IMG/VR virus record: IMGVR_UViG_3300047554_000738
Span: 1-55,683 of that record
Source: a virus
Lineage: Duplodnaviria; Caudoviricetes
DNA: 55,683 bases
Strand: one strand, 5' to 3'
Under the pieces are notes generated by a model. The model was not told the origin of the DNA. It saw nothing but the letters and a program-made list of their open reading frames with translations, and made no database searches. Shown here piece by piece: positions 15,085-23,736 of the stretch (positions are counted from its first letter, which is position 1; each line of letters begins with the position of its first letter). Both the position numbers and the translations under genes were made by a program.

Positions 15085-17310
15085 ATGACAGAGGAAGTTA
15101 AGAAATATAACAAGTGGTTTACGAGAGCATCTGCTGCAAGAACAGATATGTTCAAAACCCGAAAAGAATGGGAAGAGTTCTACTACAATGATGTGGAAAG
15201 TACCCTAAGCCAATTCACTGCAAATCAATCAAATTCTATAGCTGATTCGTATAATATCCCTATCTCAACCAAGTTATCCTATCCTATCATTGAACAGCTA
15301 ATAAGTTTCTTAACAGGCACTAAACCTTTCCCAAGAATTATAGCTCCTACTGAAGCTACCTCTGATTTCACTTCTACTTATTCAGGAGCGTTCCACGGTA
15401 TATGGTATGAAAGTAAGGGTGATAGAGAACTTAAACTGTGTATAAAAGATGCTTTCGTCACTGGCAGTGGTTTTATCCGAACAAGGAAAGCTAACTTCTT
15501 CAATGAATCTACTTTCAATATACTTATAGAGCATGTCCCATGGAAATGGCTTGTTATTGACCCTCATTCGAAAAAAGAAGATTTCTCCGATGCTGAGTAT
15601 ATTTTTATTTCAAGGAGCATGCTTGTATCCCAAGCAGAGAAGGAATATGATATAAAGATTCCGGAAACTGATTTTGAAGGTACACCGCACAATGTTAACA
15701 CGGATGATTTGGAAACTAACGAAATGACTGAAGGTTATGGGACAATGAAGGATGAGAAATATGTTTCCATCAGGGAATTGTTCTATAAGGAAGATGTCAA
15801 TTTATATATCTCCGAGAATGGAGATATTTCTTTAAAAAGACCAAAATCCATAATGCTGCCTAATCAGGAGAAGGTTAAATTAGGTGAAGCTATAAATCAA
15901 GCAATGCAGGAACTGCAGGAACAGCAGGCAACAGGACAACAGTTAGGACAGTCTAATCAGGATATTGATGCTGAACAATCTCAAATGAAAAGTACACAGC
16001 AATTTACTGAAGATGCTAATGCAAATACTGCTTTAAAAGGAGTTACCGAAGATACGGCAATAGCAACTGCTGACCTTACCAAAGAAATTGAAATGATGAG
16101 ACAGCAGTATTATCAGATGCCTGACGAGATACCCGGTTTCGAAATGGAAATTGAGAACAAAGATATTGAATTTGGAGCAGATGCTCCTAAGAAAGAGAAA
16201 ATCAGAGTTGAAAATATATCTAAAGTCATTAAACGGAGAATCAAGACTGTATTCTTAGTTGGGAACAAAGTGATAGACAGGGATGTTTTGCATATGAACA
16301 AATATCCTATTCATCATTTATCATTCCAACATTATCTATCTCCTAACAGGACTTTTGGTACAATCCACTATATATATGACTTAATCAATGCCCAAAACAA
16401 ATTCTGGTCAATGCTATTATTTGACATGCAGGTAAATAACAACCGAAGAGTTTTGTATCCTCGTGGGGCAATTGCTGATAAGACTGTAGTGGAAAAGGCA
16501 TGGCGACAACCTAATGCTTGGTTAGAGTGGATACCTAATCCGGCATTGCCTGATGCAGGCCGTCCTTCTATCATGGAGCCGTCTCCACTTAATCAAGCCA
16601 CTACTTATGTCATAGAAACACTGAAACAGCTTGTAGAGTACGTAACAGGCATATTTGGGGTAATGCAGGGTGATAGTGCTGCAGCTCCAAACACTATGGG
16701 AGCAACACAGTCATTACAGACATTCGGTTCTCAAAGACCTAAACTATACGCAAGAAGTTTGGAATATGTACTGCAAGACTTAGCTTACACAACTATTTGT
16801 ATGGCACAGGTTTATACCCCAAAAGAGAAAGTTCTCCAATACTTTGATACAAATGGTGACCAGAAGGAAGTTGAGATTATGAATTCAGCAGTCGATATGC
16901 AATTCAAGGTTAGAGTTGATATCGCCAATTCACTTCCTACTGACAGACAGTTATTTGCACAATTACTCAGTATGGTAGCAGGGCAGACCAAAAATCCGTA
17001 TGTAGCTGACTTTCTCACAAAGAATATGCTTAAACAACTTGATATGCCGGAAGCACTTAAAATGGCTGAAGATTTGGACACTATCAAACAACTTGAAGGG
17101 CAACTACAACAATTACAGCAACAGTTGGATGCAGAATCCAAACGTAATAAAGCTTTGGAGAATAACCTATATCAGAAAGACTTATCACATAAAGTTGATT
17201 TGGCTGCTGAGAAAGCAAAAAGTGATGTTGCTATTGAAGAACAAAAAGCTATTGATGAAATTCCCGATTCCGAAACAACCGAAACTGAAAACGATGTCCC
17301 AATACTTTGA
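15085..17310 (+). CDS. Portal protein (podovirus P22/crAss-like type)
   Basis: 741 aa first gene of the head module; DAFVTGSGF, DP...DFSDAEY, YPI, DLINAQNK, VTGIFGVMQG, C-terminal coiled coil. Confidence 0.88.
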   Translation: MTEEVKKYNKWFTRASAARTDMFKTRKEWEEFYYNDVESTLSQFTANQSNSIADSYNIPISTKLSYPIIEQLISFLTGTKPFPRIIAPTEATSDFTSTYSGAFHGIWYESKGDRELKLCIKDAFVTGSGFIRTRKANFFNESTFNILIEHVPWKWLVIDPHSKKEDFSDAEYIFISRSMLVSQAEKEYDIKIPETDFEGTPHNVNTDDLETNEMTEGYGTMKDEKYVSIRELFYKEDVNLYISENGDISLKRPKSIMLPNQEKVKLGEAINQAMQELQEQQATGQQLGQSNQDIDAEQSQMKSTQQFTEDANANTALKGVTEDTAIATADLTKEIEMMRQQYYQMPDEIPGFEMEIENKDIEFGADAPKKEKIRVENISKVIKRRIKTVFLVGNKVIDRDVLHMNKYPIHHLSFQHYLSPNRTFGTIHYIYDLINAQNKFWSMLLFDMQVNNNRRVLYPRGAIADKTVVEKAWRQPNAWLEWIPNPALPDAGRPSIMEPSPLNQATTYVIETLKQLVEYVTGIFGVMQGDSAAAPNTMGATQSLQTFGSQRPKLYARSLEYVLQDLAYTTICMAQVYTPKEKVLQYFDTNGDQKEVEIMNSAVDMQFKVRVDIANSLPTDRQLFAQLLSMVAGQTKNPYVADFLTKNMLKQLDMPEALKMAEDLDTIKQLEGQLQQLQQQLDAESKRNKALENNLYQKDLSHKVDLAAEKAKSDVAIEEQKAIDEIPDSETTETENDVPIL

Positions 17311-17318
17311 AGGTTATA

Positions 17319-18497
17319 ATGGATTTTGACGAAACAACTGGCAGTGAATACGAATATAATGATGCAGAAGAAGATTTCTCATCAGAGTTCGATACTGTAG
17401 ATGATATCTATAATGATAGTTATTCCCAGGATAACGAAATAGAAGATACCACTACTGAAACAGAAGATACTCCCGATACTACGGAGGAGGAGGAGGAAGA
17501 TGTTGATGATGGGAGTGGTTATTATGATGAAGAGGAGAAAGATGATTTTGGGGATGATGATGAAGAAGGAGAGAGTACTGAAGATGGTGAGCAAGAAAAT
17601 AGTGAGCCAAGTGAAGATAGCGATGAAGCTGAAACTGATATAGCTATACCTCCATACTTGCCTGAAGATTTAGTCCCTAAAAAATTCGAGACAGAAGAAG
17701 AAGCGAACAAATTCTACAAAGAGAATTATGGCAAACTTATAGAATACTATACTTCCCAGGAGTTTAATAAACAATTCCTCAACACATTTGAGGATGTACT
17801 GTTAAGTAGAGAACAATATGTCGAGGAGTTAAAAGCAGTGCGTTCCGCTCTTACAGGCGAGAATGCAGAGTTAATGTTGAAGATATATTTCCCCCAGATT
17901 TTGGCTGATTATGGCAAAGCACCACAATTGTCAGATAACGAAATGGCTACCATAGTGCACAACCAATTAGCTAATAAATTCGGTGAGGACTATATGGAGC
18001 GATTTAAGAAAGAGGATTTATTGAAACCTGATAGCATAAGTTCCAAGATACTTCAGTTCGAGCAGGACGTAATCAGACAGGTAAGGGAACATAATGAAAC
18101 GGAATGGAAGAAACAGCAAGAAACAGTGCCACAGGAAAACAATATTAGCGTACCGGAAATTGCAGAACTGTTGGAAAAGCAGTATAAGGAGTATTTCGCT
18201 GAATCGGGCGTAACCGAAGAAGAGTATGGTGACTTCGTACAACAGCTTAGTAACTATCAAATCACCACAAAAGATTTACATAGAGCTATGTACTTTGACG
18301 ACTACATCAATGAGGCTTTTCGACAGGGAATCGAAACAGGTAAGAAAGGTCTTGCAGCAGAAATTACTAAAGCGAACGGTATGCCTTTAAAGCGTGCCGT
18401 ACCCCAACAGGATAAACGGACAAACCGCAACGATGATGCTGAGAATATTTATTTTTCAGATGACAGACTAATAGCCAATGGGGGCTTAATTTATTAA
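17319..18497 (+). CDS. Putative capsid scaffolding/assembly protein
   Basis: Between portal and MCP; extremely acidic low-complexity N-terminus and helical C-terminus. Confidence 0.65.
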   Translation: MDFDETTGSEYEYNDAEEDFSSEFDTVDDIYNDSYSQDNEIEDTTTETEDTPDTTEEEEEDVDDGSGYYDEEEKDDFGDDDEEGESTEDGEQENSEPSEDSDEAETDIAIPPYLPEDLVPKKFETEEEANKFYKENYGKLIEYYTSQEFNKQFLNTFEDVLLSREQYVEELKAVRSALTGENAELMLKIYFPQILADYGKAPQLSDNEMATIVHNQLANKFGEDYMERFKKEDLLKPDSISSKILQFEQDVIRQVREHNETEWKKQQETVPQENNISVPEIAELLEKQYKEYFAESGVTEEEYGDFVQQLSNYQITTKDLHRAMYFDDYINEAFRQGIETGKKGLAAEITKANGMPLKRAVPQQDKRTNRNDDAENIYFSDDRLIANGGLIY

Positions 18498-18516
18498 TTT
18501 TTAAGGAGAGTTTAGC

Positions 18517-20004
18517 ATGGCAATGACATCGCAAACAACAAGAGAAGGACAAGAAGTCGCTGGTCTCTTCACGTCAGGGCAAATACCTGAAAGACTAATC
18601 AAGAGAGGGATAACTAATCTTGGTAAAATGTCTTTTATTACAAGAGGTATGACTTCATTCAGTTCAATGCTGCACACACGATTCCCTGCCGGAAAGACAG
18701 TGGATACCAGAGAACACAAGGTTTACGAAATCACGGAATTGGACAGAACGTTCATGTGTACCGTAGCTTCGACAGACCCGGGTGCTCCTAATAATGCACA
18801 CGACATATTCGGCATGACTAATGCACAGGCAGCACAATTACAGGCAAACGATATTATATATCGTATCAATGGTTTTGTATTTGTGCAGTCAACAGCAATG
18901 CAAATGGGTCAGGTTATTCCTGGCACACCGGTAACGCTACCTGCCAATTCACCTAATCCGTTAGACCCGGGGATGGGTGGAGACCCGACAGGTATCGTAT
19001 TCAGCAATAACTTTGGTATCGATGCGCAGGGTAATGTATTTGTCGATTACGAGCAGATGCTTATCTTGTCAATCAGTGCACCTAACAGTGCAGGTTTGGG
19101 CCACACCAACGTCAGAGTACAGCGTTGTTTCAAAGGCCCGGGTGGAGCCGATTACGGTGGCCGCATGGTACCACTTGGTTTGGTTAATACAGGTATCAGA
19201 GCAAACGCAGCAGCAGCTACTATCAACGTAGGTGACATTATGCTCCGTGGTGGTTCTGCATGGCGTGAAGGTACCAATGCACCGACAGGATTGACAAAGA
19301 ATCCTGTTATTGATAACAACTTCACACAGGAATTCAAGTATGCAGTTGAAATGACTAAAGAATCAGAGATTGAAGCTTTATGGTCGGACAAGAAACCGCT
19401 TGACATTAATCGTATGTTGCTCCGCAAGAGAATGACAATGGATGTCGAAAGAAAATTCTTGTTCGGGCAGAAAGGCAAATCACTTGACGCACAGGGACGT
19501 GTACTTTATACTATGGGTGGAGTAGTTGAATTTATCAAAAAAGACCCACAGCATATTATTGTAAACACTCAGGGTTTGTCTTATCCTGCATTACTCAATC
19601 TTGGTCCGTCAATATTCGGACTTGGAGGTTCTGCAGAAAGAGATGTCTATGTAGGTTATACTTTGCATTCAAGACTGAAACAACAGTTCTACAACTCAGG
19701 TTTCATGAGAACTAATCCTGAAATGTCAAAGAATTTCAGACTTCAGATTGACACAATCGAAACAACTGGTGGTATCCTCAATATTATTCCATGTTTCTCG
19801 ATGGAAGAAGCAGGATGGGGTACAAGAGGTATTGCACTTGACCCGGGTTATCCTTCATTCATACCTGTAACTCACGAGGGTTGGGATATGAAAATTGAGA
19901 AGGACATTCAGGAAAAGGGAGCTCAGGTTTACAAAGAGCAGGTTGTTGGTATCAAGGGTCTTGAGAGACGTTATTCTCAGTACCATTCAATAATCCAATT
20001 CTAA
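18517..20004 (+). CDS. Major capsid protein (HK97 fold, SU10/DUF5309-like motifs)
   Basis: NFTQEFKYAVEMT, DVERKFLFG, TMGGVVEFI; position after scaffold; strong RBS. Confidence 0.85.
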   Translation: MAMTSQTTREGQEVAGLFTSGQIPERLIKRGITNLGKMSFITRGMTSFSSMLHTRFPAGKTVDTREHKVYEITELDRTFMCTVASTDPGAPNNAHDIFGMTNAQAAQLQANDIIYRINGFVFVQSTAMQMGQVIPGTPVTLPANSPNPLDPGMGGDPTGIVFSNNFGIDAQGNVFVDYEQMLILSISAPNSAGLGHTNVRVQRCFKGPGGADYGGRMVPLGLVNTGIRANAAAATINVGDIMLRGGSAWREGTNAPTGLTKNPVIDNNFTQEFKYAVEMTKESEIEALWSDKKPLDINRMLLRKRMTMDVERKFLFGQKGKSLDAQGRVLYTMGGVVEFIKKDPQHIIVNTQGLSYPALLNLGPSIFGLGGSAERDVYVGYTLHSRLKQQFYNSGFMRTNPEMSKNFRLQIDTIETTGGILNIIPCFSMEEAGWGTRGIALDPGYPSFIPVTHEGWDMKIEKDIQEKGAQVYKEQVVGIKGLERRYSQYHSIIQF

Positions 20005-20015
20005 GTGGAGGTAAC

Positions 20016-20540
20016 ATGAAAAAACTAACATTAATCGCAGTATTCGTATTGTCGTCTTTGATGGCATTGTCACAGATACCTAACTATAGATATGATGTGG
20101 ACGTATTGTTAGACAGGACAGACCGTTTCAGTGCTGCAGGAGATACTACAAGAAGCGACAGAGATACTATTTTCTTTGTTTCTGATGTATTCACAACCGA
20201 CGCTTGTGACAGCTTGTTCTTCGCTTGGGAACTCAAAGGAGACTCTACTCTGATAGGAACACCGAAAGACAGTTTTATCGTTTATCTGAGGATTCAGTGG
20301 GTTAGTCCTTCTAACTGGACAAATACAGGCACAGCTTTAACAGAAACTGTATTCGCTACACAGGATAGCGTATTTCTTAAAGCAAAGACACTCACAGGTA
20401 ATTATATAACCGCTAAGGCACCTGCCACATATAATGGCATGAAAACAAAGGCAAAAGTTTGGGTTAGGATTGTAAATGTCCGAACTGTAGCACAAGCAGG
20501 AAGTATAAAAGTATATGCTATAAAGAGATGGGTTGATTAG
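20016..20540 (+). CDS. Secreted beta-rich protein with Sec signal peptide (capsid module)
   Basis: MKKLTLIAVFVLSSLMALS|Q; six D-(S/T) motifs. Confidence 0.8.
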   Translation: MKKLTLIAVFVLSSLMALSQIPNYRYDVDVLLDRTDRFSAAGDTTRSDRDTIFFVSDVFTTDACDSLFFAWELKGDSTLIGTPKDSFIVYLRIQWVSPSNWTNTGTALTETVFATQDSVFLKAKTLTGNYITAKAPATYNGMKTKAKVWVRIVNVRTVAQAGSIKVYAIKRWVD

Positions 20541-20548
20541 GAGGTAAT

Positions 20549-20968
20549 ATGAAAAAACTTCTTATCATACTGGCTTTAATAGCGATACCAATAATTGCAG
20601 GAACTCCTACAAGGTCGTTACTTTACTCCTATTCGAAAGCATTAGGAGCAGGCAGTAGCGATACCACTGCAATCAGTAATATCCAATTAGAAGGCGATTC
20701 TGTGGGTATTATGGTAGAAATCAGTCAGGACAGCATATCAGGTAAAATTGTTTACGAGTACACAACTCCAAATGGTTACACAGATGGTACAGCATTTGGT
20801 TCATTGGCTTCTATAAAGACAATATCCAATAACGAGAAAGGTGTGTTCACTTCAAAGATACCTAATATAGCAGGAGCCGAAAAAGTCAGGATATATCTAA
20901 TATCCAAGAACAACAAAACGGCTTTGCAGACAATTAACTATTATGTTTACAAAATTAAATGGAGATAA
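20549..20968 (+). CDS. Secreted beta-rich protein with Sec signal peptide, paralog of 20016..20540
   Basis: MKKLLIILALIAIPIIA|G; shared DSxxxxxExxxDS and NxxTxxQ...VYxIK patterns. Confidence 0.8.
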   Translation: MKKLLIILALIAIPIIAGTPTRSLLYSYSKALGAGSSDTTAISNIQLEGDSVGIMVEISQDSISGKIVYEYTTPNGYTDGTAFGSLASIKTISNNEKGVFTSKIPNIAGAEKVRIYLISKNNKTALQTINYYVYKIKWR

Positions 20969-20970
20969 CT

Positions 20971-21333
20971 ATGTTTGGTGGATTATTCAGACTGGTAAAT
21001 TACGAGAACAGATGGGGCGAAGGGCCTGGTGACAAAATTGCTATTCTAAGGGACGTGGCACTCGATGCCAATGGTCAGGCAATTATTGATTTAACCGGAC
21101 TTGTAAAACCCGGAGCACAAGTTGACTATGTCTTGTTTTCGAGAACGAATGTAGCAGGTACAGACAGCTTGACATTCGGTACAGCAGGAATTGCTTACGG
21201 CATTGGGGATATCGGAGTTTCTTTGACAGCAGTCGCAGTATCCGGTAATGAACCTGCAGTAGTAATACCTGCAGCAAGTCAGACGGTTTTGTGCTTAATC
21301 ATCATTGATGCTACCGATATTGCGGAAGCGTAA
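20971..21333 (+). CDS. Putative capsid decoration/structural protein
   Basis: Small Gly/Ala/Val-rich beta protein in head module; GGAG RBS before ATG 20971. Confidence 0.55.
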   Translation: MFGGLFRLVNYENRWGEGPGDKIAILRDVALDANGQAIIDLTGLVKPGAQVDYVLFSRTNVAGTDSLTFGTAGIAYGIGDIGVSLTAVAVSGNEPAVVIPAASQTVLCLIIIDATDIAEA

Positions 21334-21403
21334 TGTACGTTATAGTGCCAATAGAGGTGTACCTTGTGTACTTATTTCTAACAGATGGTGACTGGAGGGA
21401 CAA

Positions 21404-22180
21404 TTGAAAATTTGGGAAGTACATAGGGATTTATCTCTTGCATTGGGTGAAAGTGTTGGGTTAGAGAGTTATACGCTCTCTAATCCACCTTCTTTTATAC
21501 CCGATGGGGCAAGATATTCAAAAAGTTTACGTGACAGTTATATTTACAGAGCCATGTTGCATCTGTATAATATCATGTTAAGAGAGATTGTAAGTTTACC
21601 AAGACAAGCTGCTGCTGAAATCATATTCAGGTTATACCCTAATGTAATCAAAAGGGCAGAACTATCAACTTCAGTCAGGACAGAAACAAGTTTATGGTTA
21701 AGACCTGCAGACTTAGAAGGTTACTCTATTTTGTACTTATTATCCTTACAGGCGATGAAGGTACAGACAAACAATATCAAACAAAGTTATCCTATCCCGA
21801 TTAAAAGCACTCATTACAAAAATGCTTTAATGAATCCAAGGAATGTTCAAAGGTGTGATGCTTTTTGTACCATTTACAAACAAATTAACGGAGCATTCGG
21901 GGCAGAACAGGATTTGCAATTATTCATCTATGACCCTAACAAGACATTATGGGATTATCAGGACTTGGCAGTTACATTCCTGCCTTATCCTAAGAATCCG
22001 GTTAATCAGGAATTGGATGAAGATTTAGTATATGAAGAATCGTATATAAGTTTAGTACTGCAATATGCCACTTTATACGGTATGGGTGACAGCCAGGAAG
22101 TCCAAGCGGTTGATAGATTTTATCCCAATACATTAGACAGTTCAATAAAAGGAGGAAGCAATGGTTCATCTGCTCAATAA
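21404..22180 (+). CDS. Putative head-tail adaptor/ring protein 1
   Basis: TTG start with GGAGG RBS; helical N- and C-termini around a beta core, YPKNP motif; position. Confidence 0.55.
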   Translation: MKIWEVHRDLSLALGESVGLESYTLSNPPSFIPDGARYSKSLRDSYIYRAMLHLYNIMLREIVSLPRQAAAEIIFRLYPNVIKRAELSTSVRTETSLWLRPADLEGYSILYLLSLQAMKVQTNNIKQSYPIPIKSTHYKNALMNPRNVQRCDAFCTIYKQINGAFGAEQDLQLFIYDPNKTLWDYQDLAVTFLPYPKNPVNQELDEDLVYEESYISLVLQYATLYGMGDSQEVQAVDRFYPNTLDSSIKGGSNGSSAQ

Positions 22181-23063
22181 TAGTTTTATCAACATCAAAA
22201 CCTTATCATCGTTTTGGACGCACCAGTCAATAGCGTCAGAAGCTATGGTACTTACAAACACGATAGATAACGAGAGCATCCAGTTAGACAACATAAGACA
22301 TCACGTCAATGCCAATATAGCTCATTTGGCTAATCTACTTAATTTAGCAATGTCCCCCTGGTATGGAGTATGGTTCCAGTTTAGTATAGAGAATCAGTTA
22401 CATGCTTCTGGTTTAGAGTATTGTGATTTAACAGGTTCAAGTGGGTTACTTGGATACAATGTTTATCCATTGTTGCACAGTATCCGCAGGGTAAATGCGA
22501 TAGCCGAGAATGGAGCACCAACAGATGCTTGGGTAGGGAACTGTACTAAATTGGACATATCGCAATTAACTGAACTCATGTCTTTAAAGAACATCCAATA
22601 CAGGCAATCAATATGTTGGACACACAATGGCAGTGAATTGTTGATATTCACAGGTGGTCAGGTAGAAACACCCAACCATTCTGAAAGAGCTCCTTACAAA
22701 GCTATGACTTTAACAGACACACACTTTGTAGCTTGGGGGTACAGAAAGCCAATACTTGATGCTTTGGTACCTGAAGTAATAACCAATGGCAATATCTATA
22801 ATGACCCTCACAGAGGTTTACTAACACAGAATTATAAATCTTATATAGACTTACCTGATGAACATGCTTTGTTACTGATTAAAATGACACAAAAGAGTAT
22901 TTTGGAGCAATTGAGAGAGCAAGTACCTCAGCAATTAGAAGCAGAAGTTAATCAGGGATTAAGCATGATAACTCAAAATCTCCAGTTAGACCTTGACCTT
23001 GAGAAGAGCGAGAGAGAAAAGAGGAAGTATGGTAATCAGCAAAGAAGTCCAGGAGCTATGTAA
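22161..23063 (+). CDS. Putative head-tail adaptor/ring protein 2
   Basis: GYRKP...IDLPDEHALLLI pattern typical of podovirus adaptor rings. Confidence 0.6.
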   Translation: MVHLLNNSFINIKTLSSFWTHQSIASEAMVLTNTIDNESIQLDNIRHHVNANIAHLANLLNLAMSPWYGVWFQFSIENQLHASGLEYCDLTGSSGLLGYNVYPLLHSIRRVNAIAENGAPTDAWVGNCTKLDISQLTELMSLKNIQYRQSICWTHNGSELLIFTGGQVETPNHSERAPYKAMTLTDTHFVAWGYRKPILDALVPEVITNGNIYNDPHRGLLTQNYKSYIDLPDEHALLLIKMTQKSILEQLREQVPQQLEAEVNQGLSMITQNLQLDLDLEKSEREKRKYGNQQRSPGAM

Positions 23064-23299
23064 TGGAGCATTGTAAGTTCTTTATCAGCGAGAAATGCAG
23101 ATGTAAAGCAAAACAGAGAGAAGTATTCGGAATAATCCCTGACAGTATTAAGAGAAAAGGGATGAAATATAGCAAGATGTGTAAGAAATGTGAATATAGG
23201 CAAGAACATGACAGCAGCAGAACTAAACCAAGCGATAATCAGCAGAGCGAATTCTTATATCGGGCAGAAGGAAAAGTCGAGGAACTCCGGCTTTTTTGA
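23063..23299 (+). CDS. Small basic Cys-rich protein
   Basis: GGAG RBS, TAATG coupling; C..C.C...CKKC; overlaps endolysin start. Confidence 0.45.
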   Translation: MEHCKFFISEKCRCKAKQREVFGIIPDSIKRKGMKYSKMCKKCEYRQEHDSSRTKPSDNQQSEFLYRAEGKVEELRLF

Positions 23300-23735
23300 C
23301 GAAGATTTCGAGATGAAAATGAAACAGGCAGGATGGGTAAAAGGGTATCCATGGTGCGCTTCTTTTGTAAGACTTGTTTACATAGAAATCATATCAGAGT
23401 TATTCCCTGGCAGGAAAGATTTGATAGATTTCTTGAAAAGGAATTTAAAGCATGGTGTTCTACTGACTTACAAGAATTTAAAAACAGACAACCTGTTTTT
23501 CGAAGTGGTTGATGAAATAGTTCCGGGTGGCATTGTGTTTTACAAGACATCAGAAGCACACGGTCACACAGGCATAGCAAAAGAGGTTATATCAAAAACC
23601 ACGTTTAAATCAATTGAGGGCAACACAAATGCTCAAGGCAGTAGAGAAGGCGAATACGTAGCAGAAAAGCTCAGGACGGTCACGCAAAGGGCTAATTGGG
23701 TGTTTTTAGGATGTGCCAAGCTAAAAGGATTGTAA
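23208..23735 (+). CDS. CHAP/NlpC-P60-type peptidoglycan hydrolase (endolysin)
   Basis: YPWCASFV (catalytic Cys), GHTGIA (His), SIEGNTN..GSREG. Confidence 0.88.
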   Translation: MTAAELNQAIISRANSYIGQKEKSRNSGFFDEDFEMKMKQAGWVKGYPWCASFVRLVYIEIISELFPGRKDLIDFLKRNLKHGVLLTYKNLKTDNLFFEVVDEIVPGGIVFYKTSEAHGHTGIAKEVISKTTFKSIEGNTNAQGSREGEYVAEKLRTVTQRANWVFLGCAKLKGL

Positions 23736-23736
23736 A

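Noticed and set aside
17319-17640. GAA/GAT/GAG-rich low-complexity tract as a DNA repeat element
   Set aside because: Explained by the Asp/Glu-rich N-terminus of the scaffold-like protein
21334-21403. Terminator after the capsid genes (AGGTGTAC-CTT-GTGTACTT)
   Set aside because: The stem relies on several G-U pairs and the T tract is poor; too weak to call
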